Source: Candidatus Thalassarchaeaceae archaeon
Lineage (GTDB): Archaea; Thermoplasmatota; Poseidoniia; Poseidoniales; Thalassarchaeaceae
Direction of reading: 5' to 3'
Assembly: GCA_030747675.1 (NCBI GenBank)
Contig: JASLKH010000035.1
Coordinates: forward strand, 6,943 to 70,942
DNA length: 64,000 nt
The notes beneath the pieces are model-generated. The model saw only the letters and a list, made by a program, of their open reading frames with translations, was not told the DNA's origin and ran no database searches. The position numbers were made by a program, and so were the translations under genes. Below are positions 29,945 to 40,936 of this stretch, in pieces (the first letter of the stretch is position 1; every line of letters begins with the position of its first letter).

Positions 29945-30862
29945 TCAGGCCCCTCCTAAAAGGACCGCATCGGTCCACCAACCCATGGTACATGCATAGA
30001 TGTAAAAATCTGCAAACATTACCCAAAATAAGGAGTATAAAGCCCAATCTTTGTGATGCTCATTCAATTTCGTGCTAAAGTTCCACAATTTGTATTTCAA
30101 TCTAGCTATGGGTGTTGAAGTCCAATCATTTGAGCCCCCACCTATGATATGACGAAATGCATGGCAGCCAAGAGTATACCCTGTCAACATTAGGACATTT
30201 AATGCTAAAACAAGAGTACCCACAGAAATAACCCATGTCCCACCATCATGGCGTGCTGCAAGATAAACATCCCAAGAAAGAAGTGGTAAATAGGCTAAAG
30301 CGGCATACATGAAATATCGATGTAAATTTTGGACTACTAATAACCCAGTTTCACCCTTGTAAGCATTCCATGGTTTGCTAACTGCACATGCAGTAGGGTG
30401 TTGGAAAAAAACACGATAGTATGCTTTACGATAGTAATAGCAAGTTCCACGAAATCCGGCTGGGAAAATCAGAATAAACATTGCAGGAGACATCCACCAC
30501 ATCCATTCAGGTATGGGTCCACCCAAAGTTCCCTCACCTGGAAGAATGAGCGGACTAAAAAGTGGAGAAAGAATGTGGCTGCCCTCTTCTATCGCCATTG
30601 TCCCTGCCGAACCACCTTGATTTCCCGACAAACCAAATTCAGAGAATATCCAAAAATCGGCTTCCATAAATCCACGCCAAGTAGCATAGATAATCATTAT
30701 TCCAAGATAAAATACCATTGCAGTAGGGCCCTTCCACCAAGCATCAATGCGATCTGTTTTCCCAAAACCTTTCTTCATCGGAAGAGGAATATTCTCGGCC
30801 ACAAGTACCACTGTTGACCAAGGCCCCTCGCCCACCATCCATATATGTTCGCTGAACCCCAT
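29945..30862 (-). CDS. Putative Sdh membrane anchor / cytochrome b subunit (single polytopic subunit)
   Basis: The 305-aa polytopic protein lies immediately upstream of sdhA in the same operon and has several conserved-looking His in its TM helices. The assignment rests on gene context. Confidence 0.45.
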   Translation of the reverse strand: MGFSEHIWMVGEGPWSTVVLVAENIPLPMKKGFGKTDRIDAWWKGPTAMVFYLGIMIIYATWRGFMEADFWIFSEFGLSGNQGGSAGTMAIEEGSHILSPLFSPLILPGEGTLGGPIPEWMWWMSPAMFILIFPAGFRGTCYYYRKAYYRVFFQHPTACAVSKPWNAYKGETGLLVVQNLHRYFMYAALAYLPLLSWDVYLAARHDGGTWVISVGTLVLALNVLMLTGYTLGCHAFRHIIGGGSNDWTSTPIARLKYKLWNFSTKLNEHHKDWALYSLFWVMFADFYIYACTMGWWTDAVLLGGA

Positions 30863-30881
30863 AGGGGTTCATATCACATCA

Positions 30882-30887
30882 CTTATA
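30882..30887 (-). promoter_or_regulatory. TATA box (TATAAG) of the sdh operon, probably a leaderless transcript
   Basis: On the minus strand, GCGCGTATAAGTGATGTGATATGAACCCCT precedes the ATG. The TATA begins about 25 nt upstream of the start codon. Confidence 0.3.
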
Positions 30888-31041
30888 CGCGCCTCTATGG
30901 ATTTCATTGATGATGTACTGAGCATCTGCCTCGCTTGTGGCTATATGCCGGGAGCCTTCATTCCAGGAATGGAATGCCCACAATGTGGAGAGACCATCTT
31001 GTAACAGAGTATTTGATAACCGGGGCCGTTGCGGTAAGGAC

Positions 31042-33054
31042 ATGGATGATGTACGGAAGAAGACACTAGCTTTTTGTTTAGTTCTGGCAATTCTAATGCC
31101 GGGTTGCTTGAATAATTCAGATGATAATGCAGTTGAAGAAGATAATCAATTGTTAGATAATGGCATCGTTGAAACACCTGTTGCAGTACCACAAACCGAT
31201 GGTTGCGACAACCTAAACCCAACCCATTGTATGCTGCCCTTCCCATCAGATGCATTTCTAGATGCTGACAACACAACTGAAACTGGAATGAGGGTTAACT
31301 ATGCAACAAATACTCTTCCAACATCAGGATTTGGCCATATTCCAGATATCCCTTCACTGAATCTGCTAGACGGGATGAGTCCATCAACTCAAATAATGAC
31401 CGCTTTTTCTTCAAAAGCAAATCTAACGGGAGTTGCAGACCAACACACAGTCTCTCTATCTCTTGAAGATGGACATGCTACAATTCTTCTGAACCTTGAC
31501 ACCAATCAAAGGGTTGCACACTGGGTCGAAAATGATGCAAGGCAAACAGATAATACGAAAACAATACTATTTATTCGAACCATGGAACCACTAGAACCCA
31601 ACACGAAATATGGTGTAGGAATCTCAAATTTGAATGTCGAATCATCATTGGCCTTTCAGGCTGTTCTAGATAATTTATCTACTGATGCTCCAGACATAGA
31701 ATCTAGAAAAGAGTCGATGACTACATTACTCACTGCTTTAGATTCAAATGGTCATAATCGAAGCGGATTGAAAGCAGCATGGGCATTCCATACGGCATCG
31801 ATTAATTCAATTTTGGGCGGAATGTTGCATATGCGCTCAGATGCATTAACAAGATTAGGAGATGATGGAATTGCCTGTAATGTAACAACTGTAGAAGATG
31901 ATTGGCACGATAATGGGAAAGGATTCAGGCTCATCGGTGGAACTTACACAGTTCCTAGTTATCGAACACCAGCAAACAACGCAGTGTCCATGATTGACCG
32001 TGATGAAAATGGGATGCCACAATTTGTAGGATATGAGGAGATACCATTTACAATGGCCATACCTCAAACTCTCGCTAACCAAAGTAAATCAGGGCCGCTT
32101 GTGGTTTTCGGTCACGGTTTCCTTGGATGGGGGGAGATTTACATCAGAGAACTTGTTGTTGATTGGGCAGATGAATACGAAGTTGTCTTCGTCGGCACTG
32201 ATATCACAGGGTGGGCAAATCAGGATGTCGACACCATTGGTTTAGGCCTTTTCAATGCAAGTTATTTCCAGCATCAGTCTGATCAGTTACAACAAATGCT
32301 GGTTAATCAAATGGCATTGGCTAGAACCTTCAAAGGAGTCTGCTCTGACCTACAAGAAATGTATCATAATAATACAAACCTAGTTGATAGTTCTGACATC
32401 AATTACATGGGTTATTCGTTAGGAGGGGTTTACGGTTCGAGTATCGCTGCATTCTCTCCCGACATCGACAGAGCAGCTCTTTGGGTGGGAGCCACCGGTT
32501 TCTCATCAATGATTGAGCGCTCTACAAATTATGCTAGCTTTGGGGATAGTTTTGCCGTTGAAAATGCTTACCCTGAGAGGAATGATCGCGCTCTATTAAT
32601 TGCACTATGCCAGCATATTTGGGATCCTTCCGATGGTGACGTGTGGCTTCGGTTTACGGATGAAGGGTATGGAAATACTATCGATCCATATCGTATTTTC
32701 TCAATAATTTCAGTAAATGATGCCCAAGTACCTGGTCTTTCATCGGACCGTGCTGCCAGAGTAGCAAATGCATCTGTACTCGATTCTTCTGCAAGATTAC
32801 CATGGGGAATTCCAACTGCAGCAGGCCCTATTGAAAGTGGTTCTATCATTGTATATTGGGATGGTAATTATCCAGCAATGCCTGAAGATAATTCCCCGCC
32901 ACCTACGAGTGATTCAGGATTAGCACATAACAAAATTGCACCAATTATTGGTGTCAATGTAATGGTTGAGGCTTTCTTGAATGAAGGAATCGTCCCAGAC
33001 ACGTGTGATGGTGTTTGCACTTTCGATGAAGAAACTGATTCTGCCGATATTTGA
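31042..33054 (+). CDS. Secreted alpha/beta-hydrolase (esterase/lipase-like) lipoprotein
   Basis: I trimmed the start to the ATG at 31042 (MDDVRKKTLAFCLVLAILMPGC, a signal peptide plus lipobox). A GxSxG nucleophile elbow is present (GYSLGG). Confidence 0.55.
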   Translation: MDDVRKKTLAFCLVLAILMPGCLNNSDDNAVEEDNQLLDNGIVETPVAVPQTDGCDNLNPTHCMLPFPSDAFLDADNTTETGMRVNYATNTLPTSGFGHIPDIPSLNLLDGMSPSTQIMTAFSSKANLTGVADQHTVSLSLEDGHATILLNLDTNQRVAHWVENDARQTDNTKTILFIRTMEPLEPNTKYGVGISNLNVESSLAFQAVLDNLSTDAPDIESRKESMTTLLTALDSNGHNRSGLKAAWAFHTASINSILGGMLHMRSDALTRLGDDGIACNVTTVEDDWHDNGKGFRLIGGTYTVPSYRTPANNAVSMIDRDENGMPQFVGYEEIPFTMAIPQTLANQSKSGPLVVFGHGFLGWGEIYIRELVVDWADEYEVVFVGTDITGWANQDVDTIGLGLFNASYFQHQSDQLQQMLVNQMALARTFKGVCSDLQEMYHNNTNLVDSSDINYMGYSLGGVYGSSIAAFSPDIDRAALWVGATGFSSMIERSTNYASFGDSFAVENAYPERNDRALLIALCQHIWDPSDGDVWLRFTDEGYGNTIDPYRIFSIISVNDAQVPGLSSDRAARVANASVLDSSARLPWGIPTAAGPIESGSIIVYWDGNYPAMPEDNSPPPTSDSGLAHNKIAPIIGVNVMVEAFLNEGIVPDTCDGVCTFDEETDSADI

Positions 33055-33057
33055 TTA

Positions 33058-34605
33058 TTACTTGAACTTCGGTTTACGTATTTCATCAAACCATGTCTCC
33101 ATCCCGTTCCAATCGGGATTGATGCCCATATCTGCACAAATCAATTTACTACTTATTCGTCCACTTTCCAGAATCGTTGGAAGGCCGCTTCCAGGATGTG
33201 TGCCTCCACCAACCAAGTAAAGGCCTTCAAATTCTTCAAAGCGATTTTGAGGACGTTTCCACAACATTTGATCTAAACCATGAGCCAAATTGAACACTGC
33301 GCCTTTGTAGACATCTCGATTCCCCCAATCATCTGGTGTCACAATTGTTTCAGAAACAATGTGCTCTTTTACATCTTCAAACCCTAGCTTAGGCAACTGT
33401 GAAATGATTAAATCTCTAAACTTAACTTTTATTTCATCCCAATCTACAGATTCGTGCATATGTGTTACTGGGACCAATATATACAATGTTGAGCAACCTT
33501 TTGGGGCCAGTTCTGGATCCGTAATGCATGCATTTTGGACATAGAAAGATGGGTCGTCCCATGTAACTCTATGTTTCACAATATCTTCTAAATTATTCTG
33601 ATATTCTGACGATGCATAAATTTGGTGATGAGGGGTGTCATATTTATTATCAAGACCCAAATATAACATAAAAGTAGAACAGGAATAAGATTTCTTTTCC
33701 AACTTTTTGTTAGACCACTTTTTCCTCATTTTATCTGGTACCAATGCTTTCATTCCCGATGCGAAATCAGCATTCATAACAACACAGTCCGACTTATAAT
33801 TTCCTTTGGGTGTTCTAACCCCCACTACTTTTTTATTTTCAAAAAGAAGTTCTTCAACTGCTTCAGATAATCTAATTTCAACCCCCATTTCTAAAGCGAT
33901 TTCTGCCATCTTTTCAGTAATTTTTCCTAATCCTCCCTTCGGATGAAAAATACCATACTCATATTCAAGATATGCCAAAATTGTGAACAAGCTAGGGGCA
34001 TGGAATGGACTCATTCCCAGATATTTGGTCTGAAATGACATTGCCAATTGCATCCGTTCATCTTTGAATGATTTGGATAAGTCACTTGCAACTGATCGCC
34101 ATGGACGTAAAACCCGTGATACTCTAAATGCACGTTTACTAAAAATATCCCAAACACTTTTCCAAGGAGTATTGAGGCATTTTTTTGACATCTCTAACTT
34201 ACGACGATTATCTCTGATATATCGGCGGAATCCTTCCGCGTCTTTTTCCCCGCATAATTCACGTATCTGTTCAACCATATGTTCAACGTCGGTGGTCGCA
34301 TCAATACATCCACCTTGCCCAAATATCAATCGATAATTTGGATCAAGTCTAATCAAATCCAATTCATTATGGGCATCAAGCCCGATTGCTTGAAATATTT
34401 CTTCCACAACTTCAGGGTAATGAAAAAATGTAGGCCCTGTGTCGAATGTATATCCATCTTTAGTGAAAAGTTTAGTTCGACCTCCCACTTTGTTGGACTT
34501 CTCAATAATCTGAACATTTAATCCTGCTTTAGCGAGAAGAAGTGCACTGGCCAAACCTCCTGGTCCGGCTCCAACAATCAGTACATTTGTCTCTGAATCA
34601 CTCAT
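33058..34605 (-). CDS. FAD-dependent phytoene desaturase-family oxidoreductase (CrtI/CrtD-like)
   Basis: An N-terminal dinucleotide-binding motif (VLIVGAGPGGLASALLLAKAG) plus the 515-aa length fit the amine-oxidase/CrtI fold. Confidence 0.6.
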   Translation of the reverse strand: MSDSETNVLIVGAGPGGLASALLLAKAGLNVQIIEKSNKVGGRTKLFTKDGYTFDTGPTFFHYPEVVEEIFQAIGLDAHNELDLIRLDPNYRLIFGQGGCIDATTDVEHMVEQIRELCGEKDAEGFRRYIRDNRRKLEMSKKCLNTPWKSVWDIFSKRAFRVSRVLRPWRSVASDLSKSFKDERMQLAMSFQTKYLGMSPFHAPSLFTILAYLEYEYGIFHPKGGLGKITEKMAEIALEMGVEIRLSEAVEELLFENKKVVGVRTPKGNYKSDCVVMNADFASGMKALVPDKMRKKWSNKKLEKKSYSCSTFMLYLGLDNKYDTPHHQIYASSEYQNNLEDIVKHRVTWDDPSFYVQNACITDPELAPKGCSTLYILVPVTHMHESVDWDEIKVKFRDLIISQLPKLGFEDVKEHIVSETIVTPDDWGNRDVYKGAVFNLAHGLDQMLWKRPQNRFEEFEGLYLVGGGTHPGSGLPTILESGRISSKLICADMGINPDWNGMETWFDEIRKPKFK

Positions 34606-34694
34606 TCAATTCACTCCCACGGTCCGTATGTTCTTCTCGAAGTACAATACATACTTCAATATGACCAAGTCGCGTCAAGAACAATCAAACCTAA

Positions 34695-36116
34695 GTGCTG
34701 TACATTTGGCGACAAAATGAGGACACAGGTGTTTTGATGCGTCAATTCAAATGGCAAACTGAAACAACTTGTCCCAAAGATGTGACATTTGCATGGTTTG
34801 AACATCGTGGCTCATTTCGAAGACTTATGCCTCCTTGGGAGGTCGCTGAAGAAATAAAAGCAGACAATACTCTGGAAGTTGGGTCACAGAGGGTTTTCCG
34901 ATTTCCAATGGGTCCAATCAAGATGACTTGGGTTGCTGAGCATACCTCTTATGACCCCCCACACCACTTTACAGACAAAATGGTGAAAGGACCATTTCGT
35001 TACTGGTGTCATAATCATACTCTTACTGAAGCCAATGGTGTTACTACTGTGACAGATGAAGTCACCTATCAAGTTCCATTTCGCAGTTTAGGGCATCTTA
35101 TTGCAGGTAGAAGTATTCGAAAACGATTAGCACGCATGTTTCATGCTAGAGAATTACGGTTACGAAGAGATCTCAAAAGACATATGGAATTTTCAGATTT
35201 TTCTAGGAAACGCATCCTCATTGCAGGGTCTTCGGGCCTAATTGGAACTCAACTTTCTGCTTTTTTGGACACTGGAGGACATGATGTTTGGAAATTGGTG
35301 AGGAGAGACCCACTTTTTGAAAATAAGGAAATATTCTGGAACCCGAATCAGGGCGAAATTAATTCATCAGATATCGAAGGATTTGATGTGATTATCCATT
35401 TAGGTGGGGAAGGTATTGGTGACAAAAGGTGGAGTCAAAAAAGAAAACAGGCTATCTTGGATAGTAGAGTCAATAGTACCATCCTTTTGGCAAAAACAAT
35501 GTCTAGAATAGACAAAAAACCTGATTTATTCATTATCGCTAACGCCATAGGTTGGTATGGGGATAGAAAAGATGAGATATTGGATGAAAGTAGTGAAAAC
35601 GGTGAGGGTTTTTTACCTGAAATTTGTAAAAAATGGGAAGAAAGTTCGAAACATGTTGAAGGTACAGGGATTCGAAAAATTCATCTCCGCACAGGAATTG
35701 TTCTTGATGCCACGGGTGGGGCTTTAGCGAAAATGCTACTACCAGCCAAACTAGGAATTGGAGGTCCAATTGGAAGGGGGAAACAATGGATGTCTTGGAT
35801 TTCAATGGATGATCAAATATATGCAATAAACCATCTTTTGATGATGTCGAATACTGAAGGTGTGTACAACCTTGTTTCACCAAATCCTATCCAGCAGAAA
35901 TTTTTCGCTAGAACTCTTGGCAATGTATTACGGCGACCTGCATTCATCCCAACCCCACCACTTGCTATTCGGGTACTGTATGGACAAATGGGGGTATCTC
36001 TGACGACAGAAAGTCAAAGGGTATTACCAAAACGCTTGATTGAAAGCGGATATAACTTTGAACATGATGACCTTAAAATTGCACTTCAAGACAGTTTAGG
36101 GAAATGGAAACTGTAA
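34695..36116 (+). CDS. SRPBCC ligand-binding domain fused to a TIGR01777/YfcH-like NAD-dependent epimerase (DUF1731)
   Basis: The N-terminal 160 aa are START/SRPBCC-like. A Rossmann motif (ILIAGSSGLIGTQL) follows, with a DUF1731-like C-terminus. An alternative start lies at 34737. Confidence 0.55.
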   Translation: MLYIWRQNEDTGVLMRQFKWQTETTCPKDVTFAWFEHRGSFRRLMPPWEVAEEIKADNTLEVGSQRVFRFPMGPIKMTWVAEHTSYDPPHHFTDKMVKGPFRYWCHNHTLTEANGVTTVTDEVTYQVPFRSLGHLIAGRSIRKRLARMFHARELRLRRDLKRHMEFSDFSRKRILIAGSSGLIGTQLSAFLDTGGHDVWKLVRRDPLFENKEIFWNPNQGEINSSDIEGFDVIIHLGGEGIGDKRWSQKRKQAILDSRVNSTILLAKTMSRIDKKPDLFIIANAIGWYGDRKDEILDESSENGEGFLPEICKKWEESSKHVEGTGIRKIHLRTGIVLDATGGALAKMLLPAKLGIGGPIGRGKQWMSWISMDDQIYAINHLLMMSNTEGVYNLVSPNPIQQKFFARTLGNVLRRPAFIPTPPLAIRVLYGQMGVSLTTESQRVLPKRLIESGYNFEHDDLKIALQDSLGKWKL

Positions 36117-36118
36117 AT

Positions 36119-36676
36119 TTACCATGGGTACTTAGCTACCCAAATAATACCATCATTTCCAATAACTTGTATTGATAGCATTGCAGCACCCATGACTGGC
36201 CAGATAGCATCTTTTTCCAAACCTTGTTGATGGGCATTCCATGCAAGTAAACCAAGTAATATATTTCCTAGACAGACTAACCATAGGGTACCAATCACTA
36301 CCCATTTTGACCAATCAGCATCCGTACGTATGTGCAATGATGTTGACTCAAGCCATAGCATTGAAGGAATAAGCACGAGTGAAAATGCAATCAAAAGACG
36401 ACCGTGGCCTCCTGAATCTCTATTTGACCCCCATGGCCATTGGATTTGATCTACTGTTGCTGTATCCCAGCGATAAAGAAAGAACCACCACATCACAAGG
36501 AAACCTGCCGCAGATACAAACATGCAAGTGACATTCAACGGTCTCCAAGATTCTGGAATACCACCCCACAATTGATTCGGATCATTCATTCGATATATTC
36601 CAACAACATACGAAACTAGGACTAATGGACCTAATATGTACACTGCAAGTCGAACTGTTTCTCGAGATATTTCCAA
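36119..36676 (-). CDS. Hypothetical integral membrane protein
   Basis: The 185-aa ORF has 4-5 hydrophobic helices and lies 10 nt downstream of the aldehyde dehydrogenase gene, so the two are probably an operon. Confidence 0.4.
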   Translation of the reverse strand: MEISRETVRLAVYILGPLVLVSYVVGIYRMNDPNQLWGGIPESWRPLNVTCMFVSAAGFLVMWWFFLYRWDTATVDQIQWPWGSNRDSGGHGRLLIAFSLVLIPSMLWLESTSLHIRTDADWSKWVVIGTLWLVCLGNILLGLLAWNAHQQGLEKDAIWPVMGAAMLSIQVIGNDGIIWVAKYPW

Positions 36677-36685
36677 AATATCGCC

Positions 36686-38314
36686 TCAGGCTAACGTGGT
36701 ATAATCTACTTCAGCCTCTTCGATTTCAATTTCATCTACATCCATTTGAGCTAATTGTAATTTACCAGATAATTCATCATTAACTGCATGCCAATACGAA
36801 TATGCTTCAATCACCCAAATTCCTGATTCTCGGGTGCCATTTCCTGAGCCTTTAACTCCTCCAAAGGGTAGATGTGCTTCTGCACCAGTAGTTGAGTTGT
36901 TTATTCCAGTCATTCCAGCCTTAATGCCACTCTTGAATTGGTATGCTTCTAATCGATCATTTGTATAACAAGCACTTGAGAGACCGTAGGGGCTAGCATT
37001 TGCTAAATGTAGCCCATGTTCAAATGATTCAGTACGCACAATTGTCACCACTGGACCAAAGATTTCCTCGTGGAAGCATTCCATGTCTTCAGTGACATCA
37101 ACATATACATGAGGCCACATGTAAACTCCTTCAGATGCATCTCCCAAGAATCCCGACGGTTTGTTTTCATTGGTGATTCTACCATTTCCGAATATTTTAC
37201 GGGCACCGCTTGATTCACACATTTCTAAACCATTCAAGAAATCGGACGCATATTTCTCCGATAACATTGGTCCGTAAAGAACGTCGTCATTACGCATAGA
37301 ATCACCAATTGAGGTGGATTCTACCTTAGCCATGAACTTCGTCATAAATTCATCATAAACATCATTGTGAATAATCAAATTTCCTAAACTAGTACAACGT
37401 TGACCTGCTGTTCCAAATGCAGCCCAATATGCACCTTCAACTGCATTCTCAATATTTGCGGAAGGCATGACTACAAGTGGGTTTTTACCTCCAAGTTCAA
37501 GAGAACATGAAACCAAGTTTCTGCCACATGTTTCACCAATCATTTTGCCCACAGCAGTTGATCCTGTGAATGAAATTTTGTTTACCATCCCCTTGTCTAC
37601 TGCATTCACCAAGTGTTGTCCAGCCCCACTTCCTTTACCATGGATTAAGTTGACTACTCCATCTGGTAAACCAGATTCATGCATAATTCGAGCTAAAATA
37701 AATGATAACAGAGGTGCATCTTGTGGTGATTTCCAAACACACGTGTTTCCACACATAATTGCTGGAATCATTTTCCAAAAAGGTACTGCTGCTGGGAAAT
37801 TGCATGCATTAATAATGCCACAAACACCCAGTGGTCTTCGATAAGTGAATAATTCTTTATTTGGTAATTCAGAATTGACAGTTTGCCCATAAAGACGACG
37901 GCCTTCCGACTGGAAAAACAAACATGTGTCAATCGCTTCTTGAACTGAACCTGCGCTTTCTTTCAGAGTTTTACCAATTTCACGAGTTTCGATTGCAACA
38001 ATAGCATCTTTGTGCTCCATTAGTAGCCGCCCCATATTTCCAATAATCTGACCTCGAGTTGGAGCTGGGGTATTCGACCAATTGCTGAATGCATCACGTG
38101 CGGCCCTAAGTGCATCGTGTACGTCATCCTCAGTAGAAAGAGGGAATTCGCCAACACAGTCTTGTAACCAAGCAGGATTAATTGATTTGAAGGTTGAACC
38201 ATCACTGGCTTGCTTCAATTGTCCATTAATGATATTCCATCCCCGAACGGACGGACTACCATTCGGATTTACGATGTTGAGATGCTCAATGCCTGCTTCA
38301 AGGACGTGTGTCAT
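36686..38314 (-). CDS. NAD(P)-dependent aldehyde dehydrogenase
   Basis: An ALDH Glu active-site region (LELGGKNPLVV) and a Cys region (FGTAGQRCTS) are present. I trimmed the track's GTG start (38329) to the ATG at 38314. Confidence 0.8.
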   Translation of the reverse strand: MTHVLEAGIEHLNIVNPNGSPSVRGWNIINGQLKQASDGSTFKSINPAWLQDCVGEFPLSTEDDVHDALRAARDAFSNWSNTPAPTRGQIIGNMGRLLMEHKDAIVAIETREIGKTLKESAGSVQEAIDTCLFFQSEGRRLYGQTVNSELPNKELFTYRRPLGVCGIINACNFPAAVPFWKMIPAIMCGNTCVWKSPQDAPLLSFILARIMHESGLPDGVVNLIHGKGSGAGQHLVNAVDKGMVNKISFTGSTAVGKMIGETCGRNLVSCSLELGGKNPLVVMPSANIENAVEGAYWAAFGTAGQRCTSLGNLIIHNDVYDEFMTKFMAKVESTSIGDSMRNDDVLYGPMLSEKYASDFLNGLEMCESSGARKIFGNGRITNENKPSGFLGDASEGVYMWPHVYVDVTEDMECFHEEIFGPVVTIVRTESFEHGLHLANASPYGLSSACYTNDRLEAYQFKSGIKAGMTGINNSTTGAEAHLPFGGVKGSGNGTRESGIWVIEAYSYWHAVNDELSGKLQLAQMDVDEIEIEEAEVDYTTLA

Positions 38315-38457
38315 GGTACTTCGACTCACTTCCCCACCATCAAACCTCGCTTTTCGGCGCCAGAAAAGTACCTCTGGGATTGGACTCCAACAGAGAATTC
38401 CAACTGGTGGGGTTTTAGATGGTCAAGTGAATCGGCGTTTTGTCTGGAGACTTGAAT

Positions 38458-40683
38458 ATGGCAGATGATGACGACAAAACACTTCCACTAAGAGTGGCAA
38501 AAGCAATACCAAGCGATGTGGGTCATGGGCGTGCACGTGTGCCTTTTGACAACGATTTAAACCTGAAACCTGGAGATGTTATCGAAATTAATGGTGAACA
38601 AAGTACTGCGGCAATTGTCTGGAGGTGTCGGCCGGAAGATGCGAATTTAGGTGTAATAAGAATTGATGGCATTATTAGAAAGAATGCTGGGGTTAGTTTA
38701 GGGGACAAAGTTACTGTTAGAAAAGTCGAAACAAAACCTTGTACTAGATTAATCCTATCTCCTGTAATGGCAAAGAAGCAGACCGTTCGTTTTGGGCCTG
38801 GAATTGAAGGATTTGCTCGCAGAGGCCTCAACAAAAGACCTGTGGTTGCTGGTGATCGAATCTTTATCCCTGGTATGACTCTCTTTGCTGAGGCATTGCC
38901 ATTTGCCATTGTTTCTACGGTGCCTAAGGGCATTGTGCAAGTATTACCTGATACTGAAATAGTCATCAAAGAGGAAGTTTTTGATGAAGAAGATGGAGGG
39001 GATGTTTCTTCGATAATGTACGAAGATATAGGTGGCCTAGGTAATCAATTACAGAAAGTACGAGAAATGATAGAATTACCACTAAAGCACCCAATTCTGT
39101 TCCGCCGGTTAGGAATAGACCCTCCAAAGGGAGTCTTACTCCACGGCCCCCCTGGGACTGGAAAAACAATGATTGCAAAAGCGGTCGCAAATGAAACGAA
39201 TGCCCATTTCACAAGTATTAATGGGCCCGAAATTATATCCAAATATTATGGTGAATCAGAGAAACAATTACGTGAAATTTTTGATAATGCTTCCAACAAT
39301 GCACCTGCAGTTATTTTCATTGATGAGCTTGATAGTATCGCACCAAAACGAGAAGATGTTTCAGGGGAAGTTGAACGACGTGTTGTCGCTCAATTACTCA
39401 CTCTAATGGATGGAATGCAAGGTCGAGATAATGTCGTTGTTATTGGAGCAACAAATCGACCTGATGCTATCGACCAAGCTCTACGTAGACCTGGTCGATT
39501 TGATCGCGAACTGGAAATTGGAGTTCCCGATAAAAATGGACGCAGAGAAATTGTCAACATTCACACTAGAGGTATGCCTATTGCTGATGATTTTGATATG
39601 GAATGGATTCTAGAAAACTCATATGGTTTTGTTGGTGCTGATGTTTCTGCACTTACTAGAGAAGCTGCAATGAAAGCATTGCGACGATATTTACCTGATA
39701 TAGACTTAGATCAAGATGAAATTCCTCCTGAAGTTCTTGAGAAAATGGAAGTTCAAATGGATGATTTCAAACTTGCAATACGCGAAATTGAACCAAGCGC
39801 ATTGCGTGAAATTTATGTTGAAGTTCCGGAAGTTTCTTGGGCAGATGTTGGTGGCTTAGAAGAAGTTAAAGAACGCTTGAAGGAGTCTGTTGAATGGCCA
39901 CTCACAATGCCAGATAGATTCGAACATTTCGGAATAAAACCACCCCGTGGAATTGTTCTATTCGGTGCACCTGGTACTGGAAAAACGTTGATTGCGAAAG
40001 CAATTGCAAATGAAGCAAAAGCCAATTTCATTACCATAAAAGGGCCTGAATTAATTTCCAAATGGGTTGGTGAGTCCGAACGAGCCGTTCGAGAAGTCTT
40101 CAAGAAAGCGAAGCAAGCAAGTCCCTCTATCATATTCCTAGACGAATTTGAATCAATAGCAGGAGTTAGGTCACAAAGCAGTGGAGAAGGGTCTGATGTT
40201 TCAAATCGTGTTGTAAATCAAATGCTATCCAGTATGGATGGTGTCGAATCAATGGAAGGAGTGATTGTTATTGCTGCTACTAACCGTCCTGAAATGATTG
40301 ACCCCGCGCTGCTCCGAAGTGGCCGCTTTGAACGAGTATTGCACATTCCACCCCCTGACCACTCCAGTTTGAAAGAAATTCTAAAAATACATTCAAAGGA
40401 CATGCCACTCGGGAAATTTGAACTCGATAATTTGACTGATAAAATGACTAATTTCACAGGCGCCGATGTTGAAGCTGTTTGCAGGGAAGCCGCTTTAATT
40501 GCAATGCGGGCAGAAAGAAAGACTGTTTCAAAGAAACATTTCGAAGAAGCAATTGGACGTGTACGTCCAACTATAACCCCTGAAATGCTCGAGTATTATG
40601 GCAAATTAGAATCTAGACTTACAAGTGGACTAGATAGTATTCGTAGAAAAACAGATACTCTAGCCGGAATAGAAAGTGTGTGA
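38458..40683 (+). CDS. cdc48: Cdc48/VCP-like AAA+ ATPase (two AAA domains)
   Basis: Two Walker A motifs (GPPGTGKT) are present, in D1 and D2, plus second-region-of-homology Arg fingers and a Cdc48 N-domain. I trimmed the start to the ATG at 38458 (GGAGA 8 nt upstream); the track start is a TTG at 38440. Confidence 0.9.
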   Translation: MADDDDKTLPLRVAKAIPSDVGHGRARVPFDNDLNLKPGDVIEINGEQSTAAIVWRCRPEDANLGVIRIDGIIRKNAGVSLGDKVTVRKVETKPCTRLILSPVMAKKQTVRFGPGIEGFARRGLNKRPVVAGDRIFIPGMTLFAEALPFAIVSTVPKGIVQVLPDTEIVIKEEVFDEEDGGDVSSIMYEDIGGLGNQLQKVREMIELPLKHPILFRRLGIDPPKGVLLHGPPGTGKTMIAKAVANETNAHFTSINGPEIISKYYGESEKQLREIFDNASNNAPAVIFIDELDSIAPKREDVSGEVERRVVAQLLTLMDGMQGRDNVVVIGATNRPDAIDQALRRPGRFDRELEIGVPDKNGRREIVNIHTRGMPIADDFDMEWILENSYGFVGADVSALTREAAMKALRRYLPDIDLDQDEIPPEVLEKMEVQMDDFKLAIREIEPSALREIYVEVPEVSWADVGGLEEVKERLKESVEWPLTMPDRFEHFGIKPPRGIVLFGAPGTGKTLIAKAIANEAKANFITIKGPELISKWVGESERAVREVFKKAKQASPSIIFLDEFESIAGVRSQSSGEGSDVSNRVVNQMLSSMDGVESMEGVIVIAATNRPEMIDPALLRSGRFERVLHIPPPDHSSLKEILKIHSKDMPLGKFELDNLTDKMTNFTGADVEAVCREAALIAMRAERKTVSKKHFEEAIGRVRPTITPEMLEYYGKLESRLTSGLDSIRRKTDTLAGIESV

Positions 40684-40693
40684 GGTGAACAAG

Positions 40694-40936
40694 ATGCCTG
40701 CGGCTTTTAGTACTGAATTATCTGGCCGTAGAGTACTAGATCGACGTGGTGATTTGATTGGAAAAATCGTCGATTTAGTTGTTGACGAAGCAACTGGGAA
40801 TATATTGGGAATGCTGTTAAATCTTGATACTGGTTTGGATTCAAACCTGTTGCCATGGCCTAAACATGGAGACTATCTTCTCATTCCGACAGAAGAAATT
40901 GAGAGTGTAGATGAAGATATTCATATCGCTCGTTAA
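40694..40936 (+). CDS. PRC-barrel domain protein
   Basis: The 80-aa ORF is PRC-barrel-like (LSGRRVLDRRGDLIGKIVDLVVDEATGNILGMLL...LLIPTEEIESV). GAGGTGA lies 5 nt upstream of its ATG, which is 10 nt after the cdc48 stop. Confidence 0.6.
   Translation: MPAAFSTELSGRRVLDRRGDLIGKIVDLVVDEATGNILGMLLNLDTGLDSNLLPWPKHGDYLLIPTEEIESVDEDIHIAR

Noticed and set aside
30747-31004. ORF ending in a CPQCGE zinc-ribbon-like tail in the sdh/esterase divergent spacer
   Set aside because: It has a single CxxC only, overlaps the sdh-anchor start and promoter, and has no ribosome-binding site or conservation signal.
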